64,000 nucleotides of DNA, taken from Takakia lepidozioides (lineage: Eukaryota; Plantae; Bryophyta). Below, piece by piece: positions 49,912 through 64,000 of the stretch; the first letter of the stretch is position 1; the number at the start of each line of letters is the position of its first letter. The DNA is taken from assembly GCA_030704615.1 (NCBI GenBank), contig CM060733.1, positions 46,190,001 to 46,254,000 on the forward strand, given 5' to 3'. The position numbers and the translations under genes were made by a program. The notes beneath the pieces were generated by a model that saw only the letters and a list, made by a program, of their open reading frames with translations, ran no database searches and had not been told where the DNA came from.

Positions 49912-51480
49912 ATCTTTCCTTTTGCACAATTTTCAACCCATTTATATCTTAGCAGAAGCAGTGAGAACAAAGACACTATGAAGGACACTGAAATTTTCAG
50001 AGGGTACTCCACTCTTCACAGAAAATAAATGAGTAGAAAAATTCAACCACATGTTGAGAGCACACAAAGGACTTGGAAAAAATTCACATGGCAATTTGGC
50101 AAGCACATGACATACATTTTGGACTTAGAGAATTTTCAAATTCAAAGTTTTGAAAATGCCTACCCTTCTGGTGAAGGGTAGGCCGTAGCTATGTGGGGTG
50201 GGACCACCTGAAATGAGGGGTGGCCGAACCTAGACTGGGGGTTTCACCGGATTGAGGGTGGAGTGGAACCCTATGAAAGGAGGGGCCGGGTGGGCCATAG
50301 GAGCCTGAAACCCAATAAGCTGCTGGGCTATGGCGCCAAATTTCATAGGCGTACAAGCTATGTGTACCATATGAAGGCCCGGGCAGGGAACCCATAACCC
50401 TATGTCCTACTTTGATTGGTCCCAGATTTTATTTGGGACTTCTTATGGATGCCAACAACACTTCCACCAGAGGGATTAGGAATTGAACGGCTCAATTGTC
50501 TTGCAGGAGTTTTGTCTGAACTTTGTGCAGACATCCAACGCAATTCAAGAGGAGCGGAGGCCATCTACGAGGCATTCAGGAACACCTGGAAAGTGGGGGA
50601 GTGGCTTCAATTCCATTCCTCGCTCCTCTGCGCATGCTGCCCTTTGGGTATTTTGGAAACCATATTTTGTCCTGCCCAAAGAAAAAGGATAAATTTGACC
50701 CCCCCTTCACTACAAAGGAGCCCAGTGGGAAACATACCAGAAAAAACTGAAAATTTCAGGGAATGCGTGTTATCAGCTAGGGAACTGAATTCCCGAGCCT
50801 CTCTAAGCTTAAGGGTTACCACGAGCGAGACTAAACTGGAGACATGGTGTCACATAACATAAGATAGATCAACCTCAATCTAAACCCTAAACCCTAGACT
50901 CTAAATCCTAAATCCCAATTCCTAAGCTCTGTCGTTTGCATCATATCGTCACTTGACTGAGTCCAGCTGAGTGATCTTGATCCCGCATGGATTGGAATCG
51001 GCCAATCTGAGGAGTAGAGTGAAGTTCAGCCTTAATTCCTTCAAGTGTTCAACTTACAGGGCTTTGAATTTCTCATTTAGCTCCTGTGCAGTAGGTTCGA
51101 TGGTTTTGTGGGTCGTCAAATCGTCGTTAGCTCCTGGCCCCATTCCTCTGCTTGGGTTCTCTTGCAACAGGTTTCTTAGCAAGCATAGTCAGTGTAATGG
51201 GGATTTCAGAGGACAAATCTGTATGACATGCAAGAGTTTGTAAGAGTTTCCAAGGAAGCACGTCTTCCGTTGAATCCTTAAGCAGTAGAGCTGGTTTTGA
51301 AAGGAGATTGATCAGAATCCAAATGTGGAACTTTGCACTCACGTGCTCCAGATGGCTCCTGAGACAATGTCACGTTATACTGCTGCCTTCATCACCCCGT
51401 GCATATTTTGATTTACGTGGCTTTTGTAGTCTGTGATAAGGAGGAAAGAGAAAGAGAAAAGGTACAGTACAAGGTTACAT

Positions 51481-54400
51481 ATGGCTCTGTATCACAGGCG
51501 GCTGCTGCTACCAGCCTGCGCTCACTGCTGCTGTGCCATTCCGGTATCTCTCTCACATTCCCGGAACTGGACCTCTGTTTCCTATTGCTTTTCTCCGTCT
51601 GTTCCACCGATCACTAATCCCTTGTGCACAAGACCCACCAGTGTAGCAATTTCATGGAAAGACTCGATTTCAATCAGGGCCCTGGGTCTTGTGTTCATTA
51701 AGAGGTTTAGTAGTAGGGCAAAAAGCAGGGTTGAGATAGCGAAGGCCCGTTTGTCGGAGGTAGTGTTCACAACTCAGGAATCAGGGTTAGCTTTACCAGA
51801 TATAGCCACTCCATCTGTAGAAGGAGATGTGAGGGATGCGAAAAGTGCGAAGACGCTACCAGGATCAAACATCGTTTTGAGGGGTCCGGAGGACGGCCGC
51901 CATGCCCAAGTGAAGCAAGCAGAGTTCATTAAGAGCAGCAGCAAGGAATCAGAGTGTCCTTATGATGGCCTCCCTGAAATTGCATTAGTGGGGCGCTCCA
52001 ATGTGGGGAAATCCTCGCTTATCAACGTTATGGTCCACCGCAAAGAGCTTGCTCAGACGTCGAAGAAACCTGGTATGTTTTGACTTGCGTTTCTGGAGTG
52101 TCTCCCTCGTGCCTATCTTGTCTTCAACGCCATGCTTGCATAGTACAATTTGGATACCAGTCCCTCAGTCAACATTGATTCCCCTGTAAAAGGACTCATA
52201 TAGGGCGAGTATCATATCCTTGTACATGAAAACCACTTCACTATCTGCTCTGGCCGGGTTAGTTTTCCCCACGCTCTCAACTGCAAGCCAAAGCTAACCA
52301 TCACAGAGAACACAGTCAATGTGAACAGTACACTCTCTCCATTTCCCTTGGATGACCAACTCTTCCTGATCTAGTGTGTGTTTGCATGCAAATGGGAAGC
52401 TTCAGCAGCAGGCGGAGACATGCCACCCAGGCAGCACAAAGGCCAACAGGAACTAAAAAATAGACCTCAAAAGGATTTTCTTCTCTTAAGCCCACAACCT
52501 ATAATTCATCTTGGTGCTCATGCTATGATCATAAATCACATATATGATCTGCACAACTACTACAGTTAGGCCCAGTAGTCTCATTTGATTACTGCCACTA
52601 CCCTAGTTGCTGCACGCTCGTTCTGAAAAGGCATAGGACTCCTGGTTGTGATTTGGAATAGGATGTTAAATTTAAGCCTTTGAGAGGCAGAGAGCGTGTC
52701 ACATGAGAGACAGAGAGGCATTTCATGTGCAGGTAAAACTCAGCTTATTAATCACTTCCGCATCAACAACAACTGGTATTTGGTGGATTTGCCGGGTTAT
52801 GGGTAAGTTTTCACAGCACCTCTGAAATTTTCCTGGTAGAATCTGCAGGATGAGAGAGAGGGAGAGAGGATTTTGTGTCGGTCCTGCAAACTCGCTGGTT
52901 TTGTTGTGAAGTTCATTCACATTGTCACTATGATTGCCCCAGGTAGGTTTGGTTCTTTTTTGGTCAACAAAACAACTTTTAGCATAAGATGCAATCCAAA
53001 GAAACTCATTCACATAGGTAATTACATGATTAGCTGGTTATGGGGTTTCACTCACCAGGATACACTCAACCCATAATTGCCATAGTGCTGTGGTGCAACT
53101 GGTGATAACCCAGTTCAGCACAATTGATTGTTTGTGCCTTAACGAGCTGGAATACATCGTACTTTGTGACTTTAATTCCACACTGATGCTCTATCCTCTC
53201 AATCCGACACTGACAACGGGGCTGTGAAGGCACTGCCAGGTCCAGTGAGTGAAAGGGTTCAGTGTGGGAGAGAGCAGGAGATATGCTATTGAGCTATTGT
53301 GGTGGTGTAGTCAGCTAGTCTGGTTCGGCTGGCTCTGCAAGAACCTGTAATGATCAATTGAAGGAATGGGAGGTTTGGTATTAGGGTCTGGGAATATGCA
53401 AAGGGGTTGTCTGGAACAATTTGTGGATCTTGTAACAAGGGACCCAGAGGTCAAGACACACCATGCTTGTGTGATCCTCGGTACAAATTTGCATAGTTTC
53501 ATGTGTGTGAGGTTACCACATGTGGCACGAAGGGGAGCCACCTGGTAAACTTTGCCTTTTGAGGCCTTTTGAGCCCAGGAGGCCCATTCCTCCTGATAGT
53601 GAGATATCAGCAAGTGGGAATCAGTGTTACCCTCAAACATCTAAACTGGCCCAACCTTCTGGATGACAGTCTTGCCTTATTAGCTCACATTTGGGCTGCG
53701 TCACAATGTACAAATGTACCTGAATACAAACGCTAGCCTTACCGATTCAGTTTTGTGTCATGTTCCTATGGCTCATCCTTGATTGTTGTACCTTGCTGAC
53801 CTAGGTGATTGAAAAAGGCTTGAACTTGGGTGAGAGCTTTTAGTCTTCTTTGTGTGTTGACTGGGAGGGTTGGTTCTGGCAGGTATGCTAAGGCTCCTAC
53901 AACTATCCGCACTGACTGGAATGCATTCACAAAAGATTACTTCCTGCAGCGGAAGACATTGGTGACTGTTCTACTGCTGGTGGATGCCAGCATCCCGCCA
54001 CAACAGATTGACCTCGACTGTGTCAATTGGCTCGGACGCAACAAAGTAAGATTTTCTTTGTGTTTACTTAGGTCTAAGACACACTACGCCAGCAACCGTG
54101 AAGCAATGATCCGATGAACATTTACCCATGTCTAGACAAATGTATAACAACGACAGTCCTCAAATGTCACTCTTTTGCTCATGTCAACTCTTTTAAGAGT
54201 GCATGTTGTAGTTTTAAACAATATTCACACCATCGGCTGCTTTGATCACGGGTTGAAGTTGACATGGGGACTGACATACTGTTCTGTGTTGGTATATAGA
54301 TTCCAGTGACCGTTGTCTTCACCAAGTGTGACAGGAAGAAAAAGAAGAAGAATGGGGGTCAAAAGCCTGAGGAAAATATACACGAGTTTCTTGAGAAGCT

Positions 54401-54515
54401 AAAAGCATGCTATGCTGAGGCACCTCCATGGATTATGACCAGCTCAACCACGGGCCAAGGGAGGGATGAACTCATGCGTCACCTGGCCCAGTTGAGATTA
54501 TATTGGAACAGTTAG
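51481..54515 (+). CDS. EngB/YihA/YsxC-family ribosome-biogenesis GTPase, organellar (similar to Arabidopsis EMB2001 type); exons 51481-52072, 52733-52802, 53883-54045, 54300-54515
   Basis: G1 [10 protein letters not shown]2 TSKKPGKTQ, G3 DLPGYG, G4 TKCD. N-terminal transit-like extension. In-phase GT-AG introns. Confidence 0.93.
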
Positions 54516-55727
54516 GCAGCGTGAGAGTGGCTTGTGTAGCTCAAGTGTTGGACATTTTGGACATAGTGATTGCCTCGAGTAAGTTATGATGCTCCTTCCA
54601 TCACCATCAGTCTAGAGAAAGACCTCAACCAAATATTCTTGTGGGAAACCTTTGACCTAATCAGGTGGGGAGGTAAGACAAACTGGAGACAGAGAAGGGG
54701 AAACCTGAACCTGTTGAGATGTGCTACATGGACAGAATGCTCGAGTGTCTTGGTGACCAGAGTAGTTCAATCACAATGTTATTCAGAAAACTGCAATTCC
54801 TTGCTCCAGATTAATCACTATTTTGTTCTGCCTGCAGTGCAGCTCCTTGGCACTTGGGTGTGATGCCAAGAACTTTAGTCATTGAACTAATGGACCTTTA
54901 GGTGGCCAGCACTATCTGTTAGAAACAAATAGCATTTTAACATGATAGTCAAAAGTCTGTGGATATCATGCTTGTGTGGTGGCTAGACAACCTGTATCAA
55001 CACTCAATATTGCTCTCATCAAACCGTGAATAGTGCATATTCACTGATACAATTTTATAGTCTGGAAGATGCTTGCAAATGTGACTTTTGTATCATCAAT
55101 ATTGCAAGGGTATACTCAATTGATCACAAAGCAAACACAACAATTTCAAACAAAGTGTTGATAGGGGCAAAACATGGATACACCACAGTGGACTCCAATC
55201 CTCTTCCTGTGTACAAATGAGATTGTGGTTGCCATCGGGAACTCATGGACCATCCACTGTTACAGCAGGGCATGTAATCTTTGCACCCTGACCATCCCAT
55301 GGATCTGATACATAGTGAAAGGGAGCACAAAGGGGCAGCAATGGTTGAAGCCTGTTCCAATGAAGTGAGATGTTGCAGGGGTGCATGTGCTCATAGTTTG
55401 ATGTGCACATTGACAATGATATGCTCTTGGAGACCACTCCAACCCATACTTGTCCTCCATGGATCCTCAATAGTAAATATATAACCCTCCTAGAGCAGTT
55501 GTGGTGTTCTCAAAAAACAGGGTATGAAAATGAACACAAAACAGCCACCCCATCTGCATAGCTGGCGAAAGTTTATTTACAGGAAGATGGACAGTTCATA
55601 GAAGAGCAGGAATTAGCAATCCAGACATTGCAAGAATGCGGCGTAAAATTGAGGGAAAGAGAAATAAATGAAGTAATTTCTTTGGTTCACTTACCTGTTG
55701 GAATTTTGGCTGATGCCATTGAAACAC

Positions 55728-58700
55728 CTAAATATCATACACCATCCCGACTTCAAGGAAATCTGAGGGTGGAATCTTCATTGTTGTCATGGTTGACCGA
55801 CAGATACTCTGTAGAAACATGTAAAGTTTTCCTACCACAATACGCTCAATCAAGGGTGTATGTTCGCCGACTTTCAAATCGGTTCTCCCAAGCACATAAA
55901 CCGCCCCATCATCTTTTGCTCTCTTCAAGTCTGCAACCTCAACAGATATGGCCTGCCCCACTTCATCTTCAGGGCTCTCAAGAAAAAACTTGTTACCCGC
56001 GATATGCTCACTCAAGGATTCAAAAACCTGTCATGAATTTCTGGGTCTTTAAAATGCGGTATCTGTTGAGGCTGACTAACTTTGATCTTGGTAAGTAGGG
56101 TAAGAAGGCTGATTGATATCCACCTAACATATTTGCCCACAGTTTTCTATCAACCTGGGGTCATCCACCTGTGATGCCCATTTCTGACATGGCATTGCAA
56201 GGTAGAAGGCCAGTAGGAGGGCGAATGGTGGCCTCACTTTAGATCCCCTTGGATATGAATTGTTTTGACCACTAAGATTTTGACCACTCCAGGTTGGGGC
56301 CATCTCTCCGACACTACGGTGCAATGGCCTACTCACGGTTGGGATAGTAGTGCACATAGTACCAACTACTCAACAAACCAAAAGTAGTTACAATGCAGCC
56401 CCTGAGACATCCTAACTAAGAACGTACGATGTTGTCAAACCAGCTCAGCATTTTCACTTCAAAAATATTCATGGATAAAGAGGCTTGGGAGGAGGGGACA
56501 CAAAATGGGCACCTGCTCCAAAAATTCATTGCCCTCCACGTTTATTGTATCCATGTAGCCATAGCGTGCCACGCACCGATAAACCCCTTTGAACCCTACC
56601 CTACCCACCAGAAATCGCTCGGCTGGCAACACAGTCTTCACTGGAACATACCGAATCGTAGTGAAAATCAGCACCTCATGCAGTGCCCGCACATTGCGCA
56701 CATAATGGCTTACGATTGGGGGCACCCCATGTACCAAATCAGTGTAGAAAAAGCAAATTCCAGGGACCCGGAAATTTCCAAAACGGGTTAGCAGGGCACC
56801 CAAGGTTTGCTTGCTGATCCTGTGTTTCATTTCATATTCAAACTTCTTTTGACGCCCATAGTTCCACGTCGCCATGATTATTGTGACAACTATGGCGATG
56901 AGGAAAGGGACCCACCCCCCCTGGGGCACTTTCATCATCACAGCTGTCATGTATGTTCCCTCCAAGGCCATGAAGACAAGGAAGAAGATCATTACGAGAG
57001 GCCATGGGGTGTTCCAGATTACGAGCATGACAATCGTCATCAAGCATGTTGTTATTATCATCACCCATATCACTGCCACCCCTGCAGCATTCCAAACATT
57101 TGCTAATATCAGCTCTTTTGGTGGTACGCACATGGAAACGAATTGATAACTAAAGGTCAATGACAAGCCTGTCTGCCAGGACAACTACAAAGCACTCTTC
57201 AAGAACAGCCCTGAAGGTCTTTCAAGACTCCCATTTATCCAGTAGAAAGAGGGACATTGAGCCTTTGTTTCATACTCCAAAGCACATTATAAATCTGATG
57301 TTGCCCAACCACACGATGTGCTTGGCTTTGGAGAATCCCCAACCCAAATGGTTCATAACACATGTTCATTTTTGAGTGTAAGTCGTTGGTCAACCGCTGC
57401 CCTTCTCCTGAGAGGTACTTATATAGTTCTGATTCGGCAGACACAAATGTGGCCTGCCAATCACAGCATGCCTCAATGTTACTAAAGAGTGGTAGGCTTA
57501 ATGAACAAAATGCTCCAACTGCTTCTACAATCCTACCTGGAAAACCTCGAGTTACTGAGGTTGAAACTTCAGGAAACATTGAAGGTTTGAGTAGAAAGCC
57601 TTAGCGGCAAAACTCCATATGTGAAGGCATCGTAATAAAATGGTCTGTCAATGTAGTAACACTCAGTTCTTTACCTCAGAGCTTACCAAAAGCATTGCCG
57701 ATGTCAGTTGAAGTTTGAAATCCAAAGACCACCGCAATGCAGAGAACCATCAGACAGTAATTCACTTCAGGTGAGTAGACCTGTCCCTCTTGGTCCTCAG
57801 ATGTGTGCACCACCTTCACACGCGGGAAATAGTCAAGGGCCACAGACTGCTTGATGATTGAGAATGTGGCAGAGATGAGGCCTTGGCTTGCGACTATGGC
57901 TGCCAATGTTGAGATGACAAACATTGGCCAGAAAACAGGTTGAGGCACCATTTTAAAGAATCCCTGGAGATGGTCCTCAGGATTCATTATGAGGTAAGCC
58001 GTTTGCCCTGCATAAGTGACGAGCACTGATGGGTACACCACCACAGAAAATGCAATCTGCCATCCACAAGTCGAGAAGGTAATCTTAAACGATACAGGAA
58101 CTATCACTTCAAACAGAAAGAGATAATGTACTCATGAGACATTGTTTGCCGTAGCTTTGTGGCCATAGACCCAGTTTTTGCGCAGTTTCAGAGAGAGGGA
58201 AGAAGTAGAATAATTAGAAACTTATTCCTTCAAATGGGAGGCACAGAGACACAATGGGACACAGTAAAACAAAAGAGCAAGAAAAAAACATCCAAAGGAG
58301 GGCCAAAGGGACACAAGTATAGAGAGAGAAACTAAACTTATAACATTCACAGAGGCCCTCAGGGCCATGGGACTAGTTCTGTGTGTGTGAGAGAGGGAAC
58401 AGCACAAGGGGTACTGAGGGTCTATGGGGCAAATTCAACAACAAGAAGCCACCTCAGAACATCACATAGATGCCTGAGGCAGTTAGGCTCATGCTGACAG
58501 GACAGATTCTAGCCTCTCGCAGACGTTTTACTCCATGTCCCATCACAAATCTGCAGGTTCTAAGTACAGACTCTGAAGAGAAAGGGGAAAAAAAAATGCT
58601 TTACTACGTCCTGTGAGGGCCACCATGGGCAGAGAGAATGGGCATGTCACACTTCTACCTCGGATAATATAGAACTATCAGGTGTACAGGTCTTCATTAG

Positions 58701-61700
58701 AGGGGATAACAGTGCGAACTGCAAATCCCTATCCATGGGGACGGAGACTCTTAACCCATGCAGAAGCTAGTGACTGGCTCGGACGGTGTTGGAGAGACAC
58801 TTGCTTCAGCTGGATGTTCTAGCTGTGTGCAGCTTTGTTTATTATGTGCACTCTTGTCCCTTAAGCTTTGGGCTTCATGTGGGCGTCATGAAGTCACATC
58901 ATTGTTTCTTTCTCTTTTCTTGTTCTATGATGGGCATCCTGTGCACCTGATAAGTTTCTTCGTAGTTTGTCCCAACTTTTCCAGTGAAGCTTGGTCAGAA
59001 GAAAATGTTAAGTCACTTCCACTTTTGGAAGTCTAGGTATTGTGCCCACCTGAATGGAAAGCCTGTTGAAGTGACCCAAATCTGCAAACATGGCCTCTGA
59101 CCCTGTTCCCAAGGAAAATTAAATGTTAACCGCTTTATAATTGAATCCTTTGAGGGGATGACAACTGCATGGCTGGGATCTGAGGTCCCAAAACTGACCC
59201 TGCAACATCTGATTAGTAATAGCTCTGTGTCTCTCTCTTGCTTAAGTTGTAATCCATGGGAAGATTTAAGCTTCTCCATGTTGACATGACCAGGTTTGGG
59301 TCAAGCATGTGGGACAGTAAGCCCAAGCATACCATTACAGGCCTAAACTTATCAAGTTTTCACTTGTGACTGGCTGGGGTCTTGTGCAGTGCACCATAAG
59401 CAAATGCTTGGGGGGAGCCTTTCAGAGGAGGCAATGAAAGGCTAAAGACTTCTCTCGTGAAGGAGGTCACACTATTTTATCAAGTCTTCCCTATTTCACG
59501 GTCTTTCTCCTCTCTTGCTCTGGTTCCTCCCACAGCCCAAACACAAATTCAGCACAACAGGTTTACCACAGTTAGGAACTCAGATATCCAACTGGATTCT
59601 ACTCGACTCTGCGTGGGACCTTGCAAGTTCAGCTTTCTCACGAGACAATGTCATGCAACTAGCCAGTACTCATTGAAGATGTCAACAAGGATAGGCTCCC
59701 ACAGCAATCACGGTTTATACACATACTTTTAGGAATTGTATTGTAATACTTTCATTTAGCTTACTTTAAAAAGTTTTTCAAATCTTTCACAATATGTTGC
59801 CAGGTCCTAGTTCTGCCTGTCCTGGGTAATATTTCAAAAACAATGAAAGCCAGATGGCCTTAAACAATCATGTTGCCCATTTACACTATGAGGCCATTAT
59901 CCCAATGGTGGCGTAACATTTGGGGCCTACTTACAGGTAAATACTAGACCCAGATTGTACAGGACAGAAACAAAGAGGGATGGTGAAGGACAGACCTGTA
60001 ATACAAAGTATAATGCCACCCAGCATCACCCAGCCATCCTTCCCATTCTTGGCAAAAAAATGGTAGATGTACACTGGAGAAAATGCTTTGAATACAGATG
60101 GATAATGCTTTGCAATGTTGTAGCCCCCCATGATAGGGGTCGTGATCAACCAGGCTGCCATAATTGGGGAGTAGAGAAAGCTAACTTTGTGAGTTCCACA
60201 CTTTTGGATGAGGAAGAGCAAAACCAATATTATTGCTGACACCCATATTATCACCTCTGCACACATGTCCAGGAATTTGAGTGCATACAAAATGTCAAAC
60301 CCACATCAGTCTCGGAAACAAACCTTCAAACCTGATAAGAGTCATGCAATGTTCTATGGCCCCATTTAACATAACATTGATGTCCACACGTGGAAGAATG
60401 CATGCAGTCAATACTAAAGTAATAGAAAGATTGAAATGTTGGTTGAGTGGAAGTCCACTTTGACATGGAGTCCTGTGATAAAGCAACAACAAAGCAACCC
60501 AGAGACGATGCATCACATGTGGAGGGAGGCAAGATATTACCAGGCATGAACTTACCATTACTGACTGAAGGCACCATGGTCTGAATGCCGCCAATAGCTG
60601 ATAGTACTGCATCCGAGGCACAATCCATACAACATCTTCACACTGACAAATAAAAGCTATGTGAATGATGAAAGACAGAGGTGGTATTTTCCTATCATGA
60701 CTCCAGCTACTCCAAGAGGCTCATCAGCTAAGAAGTGGCATGTGGGTGCCTTGCCAGTGCCAGACTGATCCCCCACACGATGAGGTACAGGCAATCCTGG
60801 ACATCATAGTGTGCCTCCACTGATAATCCTAGCCCAGAAAATCTACAAATGGTTTGCAAAACATTGCAGCAGTCACCAAGAAGGCCTTGCAATGAAAGCT
60901 CTCAAAGTGTGCCGGGGTGGAAGCTGCATGTCCATGTGCAAAGTTGTGACATCTCATGCAAAGCCAAGTACACATTCTGGACTAAAGGGATAGTGCACAG
61001 TATTCATCAAAAGGTTATTGTCATAACTGTCAACACAGAGGATATTATATTAGAGTCTTTCAAATCAATGAGTCACAGCATACATGGCCCCACCTGAAAT
61101 AGCAGGGGTCAGCACACCATCCCCAAGTATCATGCACGTGCCGAGCATGACCACAAACAGAAGTATCTGTTGGGCTGCCTTACTGCCTTCCAAAAACTTC
61201 TTCACTCTGTTTTCCTTGGTGTCTTCCCAAGCCTTGTGAAAATGCGAGAGCTTGCTGTCTGAGATTGCAGTGCGGGTGCTAAGTTTTCTTGCACCCTGCC
61301 CTACGTTTGTGTGCTGGCATAGTAAGGAATACAGTGCAAATGTGCCGCCTGTGCAAATACAGTATCACTGTGAACTGTCAGAGCCAAACATTTAGTCAAC
61401 TCCAAGACCTCGACAAGTTAACATTAATGTAACAGCTGAAAGGTGACTACAATGTTTGGCAGTCTTGTTGTTCTAACAGGAGCACACTCAAACTTGACCT
61501 GGGCCACAGATGTGGCTGATTCTTTGCTAAGCTTTACCTAGCTCTAGATAGAGAGTGAGGTGAAAATGTAGAACCGTCATTCTTTGTTTCATCACGAGGA
61601 TTATGTTGTATCAATTCTCTTCCTTGAAGGTATATGTAGTCCTACCCGATCCTTCAAGAAACGTACAAAGAAAACATCATTTTCTGTACAGATAGACACA

Positions 61701-63240
61701 GCCGTGAATGCATCCATTAAATTTTGCTTGCTATATTCCAGTGTGGATGGAGCAGAAAGATTGACGAAGACATGAATGAATCCACTAGATTTTGCTTGCT
61801 GTCATAGTGTGGAAAATGGGGAGAGAGGGAGACACCTGAAACCATACTGCGTCACTACCAATGTGGAAGGCCGTCAAAAGAATATAATTCCACCTTCCTC
61901 AAGATAGTTCTTAAAGTCCTAATGAAATGAACCAGAACAGAAGAAGACAGATACGTATATACCTTCACCATGGTCATCAGCTTGAAGAACAATCCATGTG
62001 TACTTGAAAACCCCAATGAGAGTAAGTGTCCAGAAAACGAGGCTCAAGATCCCCAAATAGTCTCCCTCATTGGGCGAGACCACATTGATCGAAGGATACA
62101 CATATAGGGGCGATGTTCCAAGATCCCCATACACAATGCCAAGTGTCTGATAAGCAAAAACAAATGTTTGCCATTTTGTGTATTCCTGATTAATATGCAG
62201 AAGTTGCCATTCAGGTACAATCCCATAATCTATAAGCATCACCCAACCATTCTCTTTGTTTGTCTTTGTGCTGCCTTTGTTGACATGCAATGACAGGTTT
62301 TACTCAGCAATTATCCCTGGGATAACGTATCTCTCCTGCCACCCTTCTTCAGACGACGAAAAAAGTATACTACACCTAATGTTGACACCATATTATTGCA
62401 TCAATTGAGCAGGTCTTAACTTTGACCCCTCTTCTAAGAGGCTATGGCTATCACTCGGTCACACTCTTTACTTCGACAACAGGGTGACCACAGCCAAATG
62501 TGAAGAGATAGAATGTACTCGTTTTTCTTGTGGCCATAGACCCCACGCCCAGTTCTTCTGGCGGAACTGTGAATAGACAAAGATGTTCACAAAGGAGCGA
62601 TGCTCGATGTACTTGTTTCAGGAGTAATTTCCACAGGAACAAAACCCAACTTGGAAAGCAGTGAAAGGGGTAGGCATCCTGCCTCTCTATAAGGGACTGA
62701 CTAGCTTCTGTAGGACGCGGACTACCAACAGCCATGCACTGGCCTTCTATCTTGAGCCAAAAGACACAGCTTCCGGCCAGGATGTAACAGGACAATCCTT
62801 CGGCATTTAATTTACGTTACGAACTATTAGACAATGTGGATCGTCGCCAGCTGTGAGCAAGAATTACAGCAATCTCAGGCACGCTGGTGGTTTTAAAGCC
62901 ACAAATGGCTGAGAGGGGTTACTGTGACAGGATAGTATCCCGTCTGAGATATGAGCTCGACCCATTTCCAAACGCATATAGATTTCAAAGCACACCTTTG
63001 CTCAACTTTAGAGGCACCAAGATGGAATGTTCACAAACATCTCACCTGTTTGGGGGCCACAATCGGCGCCTTGAAGAACTTCTCGGAAATTGACCTGGAC
63101 CGCAAAAGTTCAGACTCGGATTGTTTGATGTCGGTATCTATCAACTTTGCAACCCGCCGTGAAGTGTTTTCCTCCAGACCTTTACCCGAGCTCCCTGCTA
63201 CGCTTTCAACTTTTGGGTGTTCCAATTCAATATCTCTGGC
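55728..63240 (-). CDS. KUP/HAK/KT potassium transporter (start codon uncertain)
   Basis: Exons encode [24 protein letters not shown]|[26 protein letters not shown]|[61 protein letters not shown] and LEVGMVYDI*. The N-terminal exon ~63046-63235 splices in phase (PKQ|EYT). Confidence 0.92.
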
Positions 63241-64000
63241 CAAGGTGGGCAACCGCCCGGGACCACCCCATACAAAGCACACAGTTTCAAGCGCAATTCA
63301 AGAGAGCAAAACAGAAGGCGATCAAATTTGTGGTGAGGGAGCTTATAAAGGAGCCATTCCAATCCCTCTGCCTGTGGGTCGTCAGAAATCCTAAAGTAGC
63401 GTTATATTGACAAGTGAAACTGCAGCAATCTCTTACTGTGTTCAGCTGCGATAACCAGGACATGATTGTTGCCTATACCATAACTTAGCACGTCAAGAAG
63501 TGCCACCGAAATCTCCTATTAATTTCTGGGCTTCATATTTTTGTGGCAGTGCGGGAGATAACTGCCGGACGCAGGATCAGAGAGATGTCAGATATCGATA
63601 AATGGAGATCGACATGACTCGCCCACGAAGCGACTGGGGGAAGAAAGAGAGCAAGAGGGCAATAGGGGAACTGCCTAACGACCACATTCATGAACTACTT
63701 ATCTACTAAGTACCAACACATCACAATGTTCTTGCGGCCTCATTCAGTACACTCCTGATCGAGAAAGAAACCCAGTTTTTGAGTCCTCATAATCTATATT
63801 CGAAGAATTGCTTACCTATACGACATGCAGTTATCTGATAAAATTACTTGGTAAGCTTTTATGTGCAACAATGCAGTGTGGCAGATTGATTGACAGAATT
63901 TGCGGGCACAAACAAGCAAAGATGCAATCTCACTCTTGGATTCGCACAGGGACAGGCGAAACATTGGTGTCTGCCATCCTGATCCGCAGCCGCCTTAGAA

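Noticed and set aside
50158-50190. Helitron 3' end or terminator (perfect hairpin GCCTACCCTTC-TGGT-GAAGGGTAGGC)
   Set aside because: No canonical CTRR at the expected spacing and no second copy to define a boundary.
63225-63250. Non-AUG (TTG) start of the KUP gene in a Kozak-like context
   Set aside because: An adjacent AG acceptor allows splicing from an upstream ATG exon, so the two cannot be distinguished from sequence alone.

Overview
Eukaryotic nuclear DNA from a land plant. The PLS/DYW-type PPR repeats and GT-AG introns suggest a bryophyte or other non-seed plant; this is an inference and the species is not identified. Five intact-looking housekeeping genes are present: an AMP1/LAMP1-type glutamate carboxypeptidase, an RS2Z-type SR splicing factor, TIM9, an EngB/YihA-family GTPase and a KUP/HAK K+ transporter. 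Three related PLS-class PPR(-DYW) RNA-editing-factor genes are all damaged in different ways; two of them form an inverted duplication around the central gene block. The accessory DNA is the unusual part. (i) An intron-containing, bacterial-type beta-class N4/N6 DNA amino-methyltransferase lies next to a SWIM-finger remnant and a 6 x 42-bp palindromic array, inside a probable DNA transposon. (ii) There are two deletion derivatives of a DUF3990-like ADP-ribosyltransferase-fold gene, one abutting piggyBac-like transposase remnants. (iii) Two different non-autonomous hAT elements are stacked at one 8-bp target site. Smaller items include tRNA-derived SINEs, a ~95-bp hairpin retroposon with variable TSDs, and a glutamyl-tRNA synthetase fragment behind an LTR-type primer-binding site. 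All family assignments come from reading motifs by eye; no database searches were run.
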